Position numbers and translations under genes: made by a program. The notes under the pieces were generated by a model that was not told the origin of the DNA, did no database searches, and was given only the letters and a program-made list of their open reading frames with translations. A stretch of DNA of 62,400 nucleotides, filler included. It is 5 parts of 5 records of this genome, joined end to end, with 100 filler letters (N's around TTAATTAATTAA, not from the genome) between each part and the next. Parts side by side here need not be neighbours in the genome. Positions count along the whole stretch, not along the records: positions 45,265 to 57,901 come from SRR20825010_3711; positions 58,002 to 62,400 come from SRR20825010_3714; 3 more parts are not named here. The stretch is one strand, 5' to 3'. Of the stretch, positions 47,899 through 58,473 are shown piece after piece (position 1 is the first letter of the stretch; every line of letters starts with the position of its first letter).

Positions 47899-48888
47899 CT
47901 ATGCGATGTGGATCTCCGACGGCACCACACAACTCATAACCGGTCGGATCAATGCGCCGCCCGGAAAAGTCGAACGCAAAGTTTCAGCAGCGATTGCTGC
48001 TTGTTGCGACGAGTCTGCCAAAGCGAAGCAAGCCGAACCGCTGCCCGTCATGTGGCAATGTGTCAGTCCAGCCTTCGACAGACATTCTAGGGCGGGATCG
48101 ATGCGCGATGAAAGCCCGCGTGCGGGCGCTTGCAAGGCGTTATGCAATGAAAACTCGGATTCCGCTGCGATTCCTTGCAAAGCACGCAGTAATTCGTTGC
48201 TAGATTGGGGAGAATCGGGGACTTGGCACCTTGAATAGACTTGTGCGGTCGAAACACTCGCCGCTGGGTAAATGATGACTGCGTGCAGTGGATTGGCTAA
48301 TGTGAAGAAGTTCAATTTCTCACCGCGTCCGGTTGCATGTGCGCATTGAACCAAACGGTCGGCTTCCAGATCACCTAAGAAAAATGGGACGTCACTTCCA
48401 ATTTCCGCTGCCAAAGAAAGAAGCGTCTCATTCTTAAGCGTTTCGGGCAGGTCAGATTGTGTCTCACGAGCGGCGGCCCATCCCAATTGCAACGCCGACG
48501 CAGCATCGCTGCTGGCGCCACCCATTCCCGCCCCGCTTGGAATGTTTTTGTTCAGTTGAACTTCCCAGCCGCCGTCTAACTTCAGCGTTTCAGTGAGACG
48601 ATTGAGAGCACGCACGACCAAGTTTTTGTCATCGGTCGGGACCAGTAGCAATTCGTTGTCTTCGTCGACTTGCAATTCTGCAGCAACCGAAGTTCGTCCA
48701 TCCGTCCAATCAACCGAAAGTTGGACACCGGGATTCGTGGAGCGACGGACACGAAGTTCATCTCGCCAATCGATCGCGACCATCACGGTATCCAGTTCAT
48801 GAAAACCGTCGTCGCGACGTGCCAAGAGTTCGAGGAAGAGATTGAGTTTGGCGGGAGGCGACGTGGAATACCAGCGAGATTCGGTCAC
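47899..48888 (-). CDS. ispE: 4-diphosphocytidyl-2-C-methyl-D-erythritol kinase
   Basis: PAKLNLFL, DGFHEL, KNIPSGAGMGGASSDAA, GSDVPFF, MTGSGS. Confidence 0.95.
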   Translation of the reverse strand: MTESRWYSTSPPAKLNLFLELLARRDDGFHELDTVMVAIDWRDELRVRRSTNPGVQLSVDWTDGRTSVAAELQVDEDNELLLVPTDDKNLVVRALNRLTETLKLDGGWEVQLNKNIPSGAGMGGASSDAASALQLGWAAARETQSDLPETLKNETLLSLAAEIGSDVPFFLGDLEADRLVQCAHATGRGEKLNFFTLANPLHAVIIYPAASVSTAQVYSRCQVPDSPQSSNELLRALQGIAAESEFSLHNALQAPARGLSSRIDPALECLSKAGLTHCHMTGSGSACFALADSSQQAAIAAETLRSTFPGGALIRPVMSCVVPSEIHIA

Positions 48889-48892
48889 TTGT

Positions 48893-49873
48893 TCAGGCTG
48901 CTTTGCGAGAAGACGACAGTTGGTCTTCCATGGTATCAGCAGATGCCATTGCTACCAAAGCGATCCCGAGTCGGTCGGCAAGTTGGATCGTATCTTCGCT
49001 GTCGAGCAGGATCGTTTTGCCGGCTTCGATTGCGATCGCCGCACCGCCGGCTTCATGAACGCGTTGAATGGTTTGAGGCCCAATCGTTGGCACGTCGAAT
49101 CGCATGTCTTGATCTGGTTTGCTGACTTTGACCAGTGTCCAACCACCGCGTCGACAAAGTTCGCCGGTTCGTGCGATGCACGCGTCGGTGCCTTCGATGG
49201 CCTCGACTGCGATGATCGTTCCATCTTTGATCGTGATGGCTTGTCCGATATCCAACCCACCCATCGTTTTCGCGATTTGCCATCCCGAGGAAATGTCGGA
49301 TTGAATTGCTGATGAAGGTTTACGACGAGTCAGTTGTCCTGTTTTGGCGAGCAACTCAGGGGCCAAGTCCGTGGCGGAGCATATTTTCATCGCGTGATTC
49401 TCATAGGTGTCGATTACTGCACCGAGCAATCTGTCGTCGCGTGCGTCCCGGCGAGCACCAAACAAACAGGGCCAAAATGTTTTGATACATGTCCAGTCCG
49501 GCGTATGGCGAATCCAAACCGAACCGCTGTAAAGCAGATCTGATTTAAATAGTTTTCCTGCCATCGTCACATGGGCGACATCATTGCGTTTGAAGTATCG
49601 AAGATGGCCTCCGAAACGCCCAACGCCTGCCCAAAGCACGCTTTCACAAATGTCGTTGAGCTCTTCTCCCGCATGACCGGTGATAGCCACACAGTGAACC
49701 GGATGACCGAGTGCCTTCAGCTTTTCGGCAACGCAGATTGGAAAACGTCCCCATCCCGCGATCAAACCCACCGGCGCGCCTTCGGGCACGTCGCGAAGAA
49801 TTGATTCGCAATCATGCGACCGGCTTTCGCTGGTGTTGTGAACCGCGTTTCGCATTGGGAGAGCGTTTGTCAT
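48893..49873 (-). CDS. lpxI: LpxI-family UDP-2,3-diacylglucosamine pyrophosphatase
   Basis: GLIAGWGRFP, LDIGQA, AVEAIEGTD, KPDQDMRFDVPTIG. Confidence 0.9.
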   Translation of the reverse strand: MTNALPMRNAVHNTSESRSHDCESILRDVPEGAPVGLIAGWGRFPICVAEKLKALGHPVHCVAITGHAGEELNDICESVLWAGVGRFGGHLRYFKRNDVAHVTMAGKLFKSDLLYSGSVWIRHTPDWTCIKTFWPCLFGARRDARDDRLLGAVIDTYENHAMKICSATDLAPELLAKTGQLTRRKPSSAIQSDISSGWQIAKTMGGLDIGQAITIKDGTIIAVEAIEGTDACIARTGELCRRGGWTLVKVSKPDQDMRFDVPTIGPQTIQRVHEAGGAAIAIEAGKTILLDSEDTIQLADRLGIALVAMASADTMEDQLSSSRKAA

Positions 49874-49905
49874 GGCATTGCAGCTATGCGGGAACCCAGG
49901 ATGAT

Positions 49906-51048
49906 TCAGGCCGCTTTGCGCTGATCGATGTCGGCGGATTGTTCTTCCAAAGCTTCACTCAGCCGACCGATTCGTTGGGTCAGTCGTTTCAGTTCACGAC
50001 GCATCTCTGGGAGTTTGCGTTGGACGGCCATGATCTGCATTTGATCGCGTTGCGGCGTCGCCGGCGAACCCAAGTAAACTTGGTTGGGTGCGAGGTCATC
50101 CATCACACCGGCTTGAGCACCGACGATGACTCCGTCGGCCAATGCGATGTGGTCCTTCAACCCAACTTGGCCGGCCAAGACGACATAGTCGCCGGTCGTG
50201 CAGCTGCCCGCGATTCCGACTTGGCTGCAGAGCAAGTTGTGTCGACCGATTTGGCAGTTGTGTGCGATCATGACTTGGTTGTCGATCTTGGTGCCTTCGC
50301 CGATACGCGTGGCGCCATAGGTGCCACGATCGATCGTTGAACTCGCTCCGACTTCGACATCGTTTTCAATCACGACATAGCCAAGCTGTGCCGTTGGGAT
50401 GTGGCGACCGTCGACCATTTTGTAGCCAAAGCCGTGAGCTCCCACCACGGTGCCAGCGTGCAATGTGACCCGTTCACCGAGTTGGCAGTAGGCATACAGA
50501 GTCACATTGGGATGCAGCGTGCAGTCCGCACCGATTTGGCATCCCGCACCAATGTTGACTCCCGGCGCGATGGTGCAGCCAGGACCAATTTCGACATTCG
50601 CACCGATGTTGGCCGAGGGATGCACTTGGCAAGTCGGATCCACTTTGGCCGTTGGATCAATTCCACTGACCGGCATCGTCTCGCCCAGTGCCGGGCGGTA
50701 ATGGCTGACAAGTTTCGTGAACGCCGCGTGGGGATCATCGACCAAAATCTGCAAGCGAATTGGTGACGCCGCCACGTATTCAGGTGCGATCACAGCGAAG
50801 GCTTGGCTGTCAGCTAATTGGCCCGCGTGGTTGGCTTGGTCGATCAGCGTGATTTGTTGAGGTCCCGCTTCGGCCGGCGGCGCAGCACCCGTGCAAATTG
50901 TGGAGGAGATTTCAACGCTCGGGGATTTTCCTTGGACGGCACCGTCAGACGAATTGGTCTCGTCATTGATGCAGTCGCTGAAGTCGAGCAATTGACCACC
51001 GACGAGATCGGCGATTTCTTGCAGTGACAATCCGTTGGAAGACGCCAT
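49906..51048 (-). CDS. lpxD: UDP-3-O-acyl-glucosamine N-acyltransferase
   Basis: Hexapeptide repeats, GAHGFGY, VEVGASSTIDRG, TKIDNQVMIAHN, GQVGLKDH. Start set at MASSNG. Confidence 0.95.
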   Translation of the reverse strand: MASSNGLSLQEIADLVGGQLLDFSDCINDETNSSDGAVQGKSPSVEISSTICTGAAPPAEAGPQQITLIDQANHAGQLADSQAFAVIAPEYVAASPIRLQILVDDPHAAFTKLVSHYRPALGETMPVSGIDPTAKVDPTCQVHPSANIGANVEIGPGCTIAPGVNIGAGCQIGADCTLHPNVTLYAYCQLGERVTLHAGTVVGAHGFGYKMVDGRHIPTAQLGYVVIENDVEVGASSTIDRGTYGATRIGEGTKIDNQVMIAHNCQIGRHNLLCSQVGIAGSCTTGDYVVLAGQVGLKDHIALADGVIVGAQAGVMDDLAPNQVYLGSPATPQRDQMQIMAVQRKLPEMRRELKRLTQRIGRLSEALEEQSADIDQRKAA

Positions 51049-51254
51049 TTGAAAAATCCTTTTTTCGTGACGTGTGTCGGGGTGCGGGGCGAGACCGTGG
51101 GTGACTTCCTTGTAGCGGCAACCCACAAATTGACGCAACGTGAATCGTCGGTCTTGCGACGGTTCGTCGGAAAGGACTAGTACAGGGCTGCATGACGCGC
51201 GTTTGTGTTCAACCTGCGCGTTTTCCGAATGGCTCCAGCACCCAGTCGCTAACG

Positions 51255-52181
51255 ATGCCCAGCCCTGCTCTTCGCAACGATTCTTCTCTTTCGTCCGCCT
51301 CCCCGGTTTCGGTCGGCAAGCCGTTGCATGCCAATGACGCGACCACAACGAACCCGAATGGCTTGCGGATTTTCAATCCAAATGAGAACGCGGCGGCGGG
51401 ATCGGCGACTGAGCCCGTCCGCCAAAGTCGACTGACCATTTGGAGTTGTTTGACCGCTTCCCTCATCGCGGGCACCATCTTTGCCACGATGACCGGATGC
51501 CAATGGGCCGCCGGGAGCCAGAACACGCAGGGTGCGGCTTTGTACAACCAAGGCCAATACACGGCGGCGATGGAGCAATTTCAAAAAGCGATTGCCTCGG
51601 ACCCAACCGACTCGGACGGCTACTACAACTTGGCCGCTACGACACATCGATTGGGAAATCAGCGACAAGATCCCAATCTGATCCGTCAAAGCGAAGCACT
51701 TTACAATCAATGTCTGGACCACGACCCAAATCACGTGGATTGCCACCGCGGATTGGCGGTTTTGCTGGTCGATTCCGGCCGTCCCGACCGAGCCTTCACT
51801 TTGCTGAAAAATTGGGCGGCCCAGAATCCGGCCTTGGCTGAGCCACGCATCGAATTGGCACGCCTTTACGAAGAGCATGGCGAACCACAAACCGCCCTGA
51901 AATACTTGGAAGACGCAGTGCAACAAGACGCCAACAACGCTCGAGCGTGGTTGGCATTGGCACGTTTGAGGGAGGCCAGCAACGATCCTGTTCAGGCATT
52001 GCAGAATTATCAGCGTGCTCTCGCTCTGGGTGGAGGCGTTTTGGGCCCCAACGGTGCGATGGTCAGCGAACGAGTGGCAGCACTCAGCCGCCAAATCAAC
52101 TCGACGCGCGACGCGGCATCGTTCAATGCGGGTGGCACGCAAATGGCCGCTCCGGCCGGCTTTGGCTCGTCTCGTTATTGA
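51255..52181 (+). CDS. Tetratricopeptide-repeat protein, probably a lipoprotein
   Basis: Hydrophobic stretch ending MTGC, followed by several TPR units (YTAAMEQFQKAIASDPTDSDGYYNLA). Start uncertain. Confidence 0.85.
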   Translation: MPSPALRNDSSLSSASPVSVGKPLHANDATTTNPNGLRIFNPNENAAAGSATEPVRQSRLTIWSCLTASLIAGTIFATMTGCQWAAGSQNTQGAALYNQGQYTAAMEQFQKAIASDPTDSDGYYNLAATTHRLGNQRQDPNLIRQSEALYNQCLDHDPNHVDCHRGLAVLLVDSGRPDRAFTLLKNWAAQNPALAEPRIELARLYEEHGEPQTALKYLEDAVQQDANNARAWLALARLREASNDPVQALQNYQRALALGGGVLGPNGAMVSERVAALSRQINSTRDAASFNAGGTQMAAPAGFGSSRY

Positions 52182-52353
52182 ATTCCGGTTTGAATTCTGC
52201 CCCGATTTCGGTGATTTTCTTTTCCGATCGCGGGCAACTCAAGGCAGATAGGTGGTCCATCGCGTTTGGACCAGTGGGATAGGCTAGCGAACGAATTTGG
52301 GGACAATGTTGGGTTGGATTTCCCTTCACTCCTCGATTGCCTGCCCGATTCTC

Positions 52354-53973
52354 ATGAAATCAATGGACGCCTTGGTGTCGTTGTGCAAACGACGCGGTTT
52401 TCTTTTTCAATCCAGCGAAATTTACGGCGGTGTCCAAGGCTTCTGGGACTACGGGCCGTTGGGCGTGGAGCTAAAGCGCAATCTGAAGGATGCGTGGTGG
52501 CACGACATGATCTCGGGCCACAACGAATTGGTATCGCCCGCCGGTGCTCCCTCGACGTTTGAGATGGTGGGGCTGGATTGCACGATCATCATGCACCCGC
52601 AGGTTTGGAAGTGCAGCGGCCACTACGATCTTTTCCACGATCACATGGTGGATTGTCGCGAATCGAAGAAGCGATATCGCTTTGATCAAGTTCGCGGACG
52701 TTTTGTGGAATACCAAGGCACGAAAATCTTTGTTTCGACACTTGCTGAGATCGAGCAGGAAGAAGACGAAGTTCGACGTCGCGGTATGAAGTTTTTCAAG
52801 CTTCGTCCCAAAAACGCGGATGAACTGACCGTCGAAAAAGAATCTCTGACGCTGGACAAGCTTGATTCGACCGACAACGTCCTCGCGCCCGATGCGAAGA
52901 CACTCGGAACACTCACCGAGCCCCGCGAATTCAATTTGATGTTCAAGACCACCTTGGGTGCTTTGGGTGGTGAGGAGGACACGACGTTCCTGCGTCCGGA
53001 AACCGCACAAGGCATCTTCGTCAATTTCAAGAATGTCGTCGACAGCTCGCGCGTTCGCATTCCATTTGGAATCGGCCAAGTCGGGAAGAGTTTCCGCAAC
53101 GAGATCACGCCGCGAAACTTCACGTTCCGTTCGCGCGAGTTTGAGCAGATGGAGATCGAATTCTTCTGCCACCCGAATCAGTCACAGGAGTGGTACCGCT
53201 ATTGGCGTGATCGCCGGATGGCTTGGTACACCAAACTCGGTTTGTCCAACGAATCGCTGATCATGCGGGAGCACCATACCGAGGAATTGGCTCACTACAG
53301 CGTTGGCACGGCCGATATTGAGTATGCGTTCCCGTTCCTTCCCGAAGGCGAATACGGCGAGCTGGAAGGGATTGCGCACCGCGGCGATTTCGACCTTCGC
53401 AGCCACATGGAAGGCAAGCTGGATCCAGCGACCAATCCGATGACCGTCGAACTGAATGAACACGGCAAACCCAAGCACCGTGGCAGCGGCAAAGACCTTG
53501 CCTATCGCGATGACATCACGAACGAGAAATTCGTGCCGCACGTGATCGAGCCATCCGCGGGTGCGGACCGGGCGGCACTCGCGTTCCTATGCGAAGCCTA
53601 CACCGAAGACGAGGCACCGGATGAAAACGGCAAAATGCAAACTCGAACGGTCATGAAATTGGACCCGCGTTTGGCTCCGATCAAGGCCGCCGTCTTCCCC
53701 CTCGTCAAGAAGGACGGAATGCCGGAAGTCGCGCAAGAAATCTACGGTGCCCTCAAAGAACACTACAACGTTTTCTACGATGCCAAGGGTGCGGTCGGTC
53801 GACGATACCGTCGACAGGACGAAGCCGGAACGCCGTACTGCATCACCGTCGATGGCGATTCCCTGACCGACAAGACGGTCACCATCCGCGACCGAGACAC
53901 CCTGGAACAAACCCGCGTCAAAATCGACGATGTTGTCTCCGAGATCCAATCACGGATGAAAGCCTCGACCTGA
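52354..53973 (+). CDS. glyQS: Glycine--tRNA ligase, homodimeric (alpha2) type
   Basis: LCKRRGF, WDYGPLG, LRPETAQGIF, GKSFRNEITPRNFTFRSREFEQME, ELEGIA, VIEPSAG, GRRYRRQDEAGTP. Confidence 0.97.
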   Translation: MKSMDALVSLCKRRGFLFQSSEIYGGVQGFWDYGPLGVELKRNLKDAWWHDMISGHNELVSPAGAPSTFEMVGLDCTIIMHPQVWKCSGHYDLFHDHMVDCRESKKRYRFDQVRGRFVEYQGTKIFVSTLAEIEQEEDEVRRRGMKFFKLRPKNADELTVEKESLTLDKLDSTDNVLAPDAKTLGTLTEPREFNLMFKTTLGALGGEEDTTFLRPETAQGIFVNFKNVVDSSRVRIPFGIGQVGKSFRNEITPRNFTFRSREFEQMEIEFFCHPNQSQEWYRYWRDRRMAWYTKLGLSNESLIMREHHTEELAHYSVGTADIEYAFPFLPEGEYGELEGIAHRGDFDLRSHMEGKLDPATNPMTVELNEHGKPKHRGSGKDLAYRDDITNEKFVPHVIEPSAGADRAALAFLCEAYTEDEAPDENGKMQTRTVMKLDPRLAPIKAAVFPLVKKDGMPEVAQEIYGALKEHYNVFYDAKGAVGRRYRRQDEAGTPYCITVDGDSLTDKTVTIRDRDTLEQTRVKIDDVVSEIQSRMKAST

Positions 53974-54054
53974 TTGGGCTCTCGTCCGTTCTTGTTGAGC
54001 TATCTCGCCAATTGCGAAGGTGCATCTGATTGCGATGGTGCATTTGGCAGCGTG

Positions 54055-54077
54055 GTGGGCTCCGTCTTGGAGCCCAC
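54055..54077. repeat. REP-like hairpin between convergent genes
   Basis: GTGGGCTCC-GTCTT-GGAGCCCAC, perfect 9-bp stem, no T-tract. Confidence 0.45.
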
Positions 54078-54146
54078 TCCTTGGGCGGTGGTTGATGATC
54101 TATCAACTCGCCTGAAAGCATGGGAATGAACCAAGCAGTTCCCTGC

Positions 54147-55163
54147 TCACCCCATGCCGGTGAAGAGGTGGCGTTTGATGGCGGCGGCTTTGGGGGTGAG
54201 TTGGTCGGTGGCTTGAGATTGAGATTTGGCGGATGCCGGTGGGATTCGATCGGGTTGGTCGAAATCGATCAGTTCCAGTTCTCCGTTTCCGTACTCCACC
54301 ATCGCGGTGGCGTTCTCGACCCAGTCGCCCAGGTTGAAATACAGAGGGCGTTTGGCATCAGGATTGTCCGACGTTGGGCTGAGTCGTCGCACGGTTGGAA
54401 TGTGAATGTGGCCGCAGACGATCGCGTCGCAGTCGTTCTCGCAAGCGTGCTGGCGGACTTTCGACTTGAATCCGCTGACCCACTGAACCATGCGTTTCGT
54501 GGTTTGTTTTAGATAACGGCTGATCCGACGGGGCTTCATCCGCAGCCATTTCAGGACGCGGTTGATCGCTCGATCAGCGGTCAGCAGCAACGTGTACAGA
54601 AACGTGCCGATCAGTGAAAGCCAATGGGCTTGGCGTTCGACTTTGTCGAATTGGTCACCGTGCAACACCACGACCCGGCGGCCATCGACGGTTTCATGGA
54701 CGAACTGTTCACCGACCGTTACATCGTTCGACTCGGCGACTTCGGGCCAGTCCACATGCCGCAGGTAATCGTCGTGATTGCCAGGCGTGTAATGAATCGC
54801 GGTCCCTTCGGCGGCGAGTTCGGCCAGTCGATTCAGCAAGCGATCGTAAATCGGCGGCCAATATGGCTGCATGTGCAGCACGCGGGCATCAATGAAATCG
54901 CCAACAAGATACAGATGTTCAGGAGAGTGGCTGTTTAGAAAGGAAAGCAGCCGGTCGACTTGCGCGTGCCGAAGTCCCAGATGAACATCGCTGATGAAAA
55001 TCGAACGAACCGACCGTGTCGCTCGGTGCTCAGCCGCCACTTTCGCGGGCGCAACCTTCGCGCTGGATCGCGAAAAAGGTCCCGTTCGCCGGCGGCGAGG
55101 GGGCAAGACGGTGGACGATTGATTGGGCAAAAAAGTGATCAACAGGGTGGTCCATCGGGCCAA
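54147..55163 (-). CDS. LpxH-like calcineurin-type metallophosphoesterase
   Basis: IFISDVHLG, YLVGDFID, PGNHD, VLHGDQFD, CGHIH, NLGDWVE. Start uncertain. Confidence 0.88.
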   Translation of the reverse strand: MARWTTLLITFLPNQSSTVLPPRRRRTGPFSRSSAKVAPAKVAAEHRATRSVRSIFISDVHLGLRHAQVDRLLSFLNSHSPEHLYLVGDFIDARVLHMQPYWPPIYDRLLNRLAELAAEGTAIHYTPGNHDDYLRHVDWPEVAESNDVTVGEQFVHETVDGRRVVVLHGDQFDKVERQAHWLSLIGTFLYTLLLTADRAINRVLKWLRMKPRRISRYLKQTTKRMVQWVSGFKSKVRQHACENDCDAIVCGHIHIPTVRRLSPTSDNPDAKRPLYFNLGDWVENATAMVEYGNGELELIDFDQPDRIPPASAKSQSQATDQLTPKAAAIKRHLFTGMG

Positions 55164-55617
55164 ACGAAGGTCAACGTGTTCGTCGTCAGGATAACCACTG
55201 ACATCAAAAGTCGAGTCCCAATGATTCGAAAGAAGAAATCAATTCACGAAATAATCATTCGGAGACTCGCACACCGCCGCCGTTTGGTCATGCCCATGCG
55301 GTGCTCGATGCCCCCGAGAGCAATTTACGGGCAGGCATTCTGCGACAATCCGCATTTTTCAGGCTGCTGGGCCCGCTTGACGGTTTGATCGCAATCTCAG
55401 AAACCGCAAACAATGTCAGGGGGACACTTCAGCGACAGATGGTCGCAGTTGCGGGGAACGATTCCCGCGGCTCTCTAGGCTGAACTGTCCTCAAGGCGTA
55501 AACTCCGAGGGTTGAGCCGATTGAACCGATAGGATGGACGCATTGTGGCGTTATCTCAAACGGTGAACGACGGTTCTTCGATTGGCCAGTTTCCACCTCA
55601 AGAAGACCTGGACCCAC

Positions 55618-56466
55618 GTGTCTGAACTCACTCGTTCGCAATCGTTTTTCCTGCGTCACGAATTCGCCATTCGACGACTGCACTCGTTGACCGGGATTGT
55701 GCCGCTGGGCGTCTACATGGTCATTCACTTGACCACCAACGCCAGTCTGCTCAACGGGACGGAAACGTTCCAACGAGCGGTGTTTATGATCCACAGCCTC
55801 GGGAATTTGCTGCCCGTGGTCGAATGGGGAGGCATTTTTGCTCCGTTGTTGTTCCACGCAATTTTGGGCGTTTGGATCATCCGGACGGGCAAATCAAATC
55901 TTGGCAACTACCAGTTCACCGGCAACCGCCGCTATGTGTGGCAACGCTGGACTGGTTTGATCGCCTTGGTTTTCTTGATGACTCACGTGTTGCACCTTCA
56001 CGGTTGGTTCCATGCCGGATTTTGGCTGGCGATCATGGAGCCGCTCGGGTTTGCGAGCTTCGACCCATACAACGCTGCTTCGTCGCTTGGTGAAGCGATG
56101 CAGGGCTACGTCTGGCCAGCGTTTTACTTAGCGGGTGTCTTGGCGACGGTTTATCACTTGGCCAACGGCATCTGGACCGCTGGAATCACCTGGGGATTTT
56201 GGGTTTCACCACAAGCTCAGCAGCGAGCCACCAAAGTGTGTGTGGCCTTCGGAGTCATTTTGGCGGTTATTGGAACAGCGGCCTGGTGGGGCGCGGTCCG
56301 AATGGACGCCGAAGACATCGCTCAGGCCCGGGCCGACGAGGCGATCATGTACGAAGCGGCCAAGGAGACTGGTTTGGCTTATGACATGCCCGAAAAACGA
56401 ACACCAGTCGACGTCGAGGAAGCCGAAAACGCATCCGAGTCTGACGACGACACGATCACCGAATAA
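55618..56466 (+). CDS. sdhC: Succinate dehydrogenase cytochrome b558 subunit
   Basis: RRLHSLTGIVPLG..HL, FHAILG, QRWTG..H, YHLANGIW; directly upstream of sdhA; GTG start. Confidence 0.92.
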   Translation: MSELTRSQSFFLRHEFAIRRLHSLTGIVPLGVYMVIHLTTNASLLNGTETFQRAVFMIHSLGNLLPVVEWGGIFAPLLFHAILGVWIIRTGKSNLGNYQFTGNRRYVWQRWTGLIALVFLMTHVLHLHGWFHAGFWLAIMEPLGFASFDPYNAASSLGEAMQGYVWPAFYLAGVLATVYHLANGIWTAGITWGFWVSPQAQQRATKVCVAFGVILAVIGTAAWWGAVRMDAEDIAQARADEAIMYEAAKETGLAYDMPEKRTPVDVEEAENASESDDDTITE

Positions 56467-56507
56467 GTTTGCAACCACCCATTTTGATTCTTTGAAGGAA
56501 ACATTCC

Positions 56508-57901
56508 ATGGCACAATCCAACTCGCCCACTCGCGTGGTTGTCGTTGGGGGTGGTTTGGCCGGTTTGGCGTCGACGATGAAGTTGACCGAGCTGGGCGCC
56601 CAAGTCGACTTGATCAGTTTGACCCCGGTCAAACGTTCGCATAGCGTTTGCGCGCAAGGCGGCATCAACAGCTGCAATGACGCGACTCGGCAGCTCGGCG
56701 ACGATGAGTGGAAACACCTCGACGACACGGTCTACGGAGGTGACTTTCTAAATCACCAACCGCCCGTCAAAGAAATGGCTTACTGGGCACCCAAGGTCAT
56801 CGAGTTGATGGACCGCTTGGGCGTGCCGTTCAACCGGACTGGCGAAGGTTTCATCGACCGTCGGCGGTTTGGCGGAACGCTTTACAAGCGAACTGCATTC
56901 GCTGGTGCGACCACCGGGCAACAGTTGCTGTATGCCTTGGACGAACAAGTCCGCCGGCAAGAAGTGGAAGGCAACGTCAACAAATACGAGTTCTGGGACT
57001 TCCTCGGCCCCATCCAAGATGAAACCGGCCGCTGCCGCGGCGTAGTAGCTCAAGACATGGTGTCGATGGAAATCAAAGCGTTTCCGGCTGACGCGGTGGT
57101 GGTTGCGACGGGCGGATGTGGCTTGATTTACGGTCGCAGCACGATGAGTGTGTTCTGCACCGGCAGTGCCGCGAGCCGTTGTTTCCAAAACGGTGCCAAG
57201 TACGCCAACGCGGAATTCATTCAGGTTCACCCGACGGCCATTCCCGGCGCCGACAAGTTGCGATTGATGAGTGAGTCGGCTCGTGGCGAAGGCGGCCGAG
57301 TGTGGGTGCCACGCACACCGCAGGATCCCCGCGGACCTCGTGATATCCCCGAAGCGGATCGCTACTACTTCTTGGAAGAACGCTATCCCGAATACGGGAA
57401 CCTTGTTCCGCGTGACATCGCGACGCGAGAAATCTTTGACATCTGCGTCAACGAAGGGCTCAGCGTTGAAGACGATCGCATGTGCGTGTACCTCGATTTG
57501 ACGCACATCCCGCGTCACGAGCTGGATCGCAAACTTGGCGGTATCCTGGAAATCTATGAGAAGTTCCAAGGAGTCGACCCGCGTGACGAACCCATGAAGA
57601 TCTTCCCCGCTGTTCACTACAGCATGGGCGGATTGTGGGCGGATTACGTGAAGAGCGAAGACGGCGGGATGGAAGCCGGAGCACCTCGCAACCACATGAC
57701 CAGCATCGACGGTTTGTACGCGATTGGCGAATGCGACTACCACTATCACGGTGCAAACCGCTTGGGTGCGAACTCGTTGTTGTCATGCATCTTCACCGGA
57801 TTGTTCACCGGTTCGTCAATCATGAACTACTCGGCATCGCAGGACTCCGGGGCGGCCGACGTGCCGCAATCGCTGCTTGATTCGGCCGTGAAGGCCCAGC
57901 A
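56508..57901 (+). CDS. sdhA: Succinate dehydrogenase flavoprotein subunit (3' partial)
   Basis: VVGGGLAG, RSHSVCAQGG (covalent FAD His), QVHPT, SESARGEG, HYSMGG, HGANRLGANSL. Confidence 0.97.
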
Positions 57902-58001
57902 NNNNNNNNNNNNNNNNNNNNNNNNNNNNNNNNNNNNNNNNNNNNTTAATTAATTAANNNNNNNNNNNNNNNNNNNNNNNNNNNNNNNNNNNNNNNNNNN
58001 N
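57902..58001. other. Artificial contig spacer
   Basis: N-run with a central TTAATTAATTAA. Confidence 0.99.
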
Positions 58002-58002
58002 G

Positions 58003-58161
58003 GGCACCGGCGGGTTCAAGGCGACGCCGGGTTCGGGCTGGTGCTTCGCCCATACGTTGGCGAAAGACACGCCGCATGCGCTCAACGCGCCCTTTAACCT
58101 CTCACGGTTTGAGAGCGGCGCGCTGATCGATGAACATGGCGCCGCTGGCGTCGCGCATTAG
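58003..58161 (+). CDS. soxB: Sarcosine oxidase beta subunit, C-terminal fragment (5' partial)
   Basis: [18 protein letters not shown]...[12 protein letters not shown], immediately upstream of soxD. Confidence 0.92.
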   Translation, partial: GTGGFKATPGSGWCFAHTLAKDTPHALNAPFNLSRFESGALIDEHGAAGVAH

Positions 58162-58173
58162 GAGGGGTGAAAA

Positions 58174-58473
58174 ATGCTCAATATTGACTGCCCCTGGTGC
58201 GGCAAACGGCATGAGACGGAATTCCGATACGGCGGGGAGGCGCATATCGCCCGGCCCGAAGATCCTGCTGCACTCGATGATACGGAATGGGCGGAGTTTC
58301 TCTTCATGCGCAAAAATACCAAAGGCTACTTCGCCGAACGCTGGCTGCACAACAATGGTTGCCGCCGCTGGTTCAATGTGATCCGCAATACGGTGACCCA
58401 TGAGATCGTCGGTTCCTACAAGATGGGCGAGACACCACCCAGGTTGCCGAAATCTGCCGGGGGCGCGAAATGA
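58174..58473 (+). CDS. soxD: Sarcosine oxidase delta subunit
   Basis: IDCPWCG.R.ETEFRYGGEAHIARP, ERWLHNNGCRRWFN (Zn ligands). Confidence 0.95.
   Translation: MLNIDCPWCGKRHETEFRYGGEAHIARPEDPAALDDTEWAEFLFMRKNTKGYFAERWLHNNGCRRWFNVIRNTVTHEIVGSYKMGETPPRLPKSAGGAK

Noticed and set aside
55164-55617. Region upstream of sdhC as a possible riboswitch or sRNA
   Set aside because: Only short hairpins; no recognisable aptamer or terminator.
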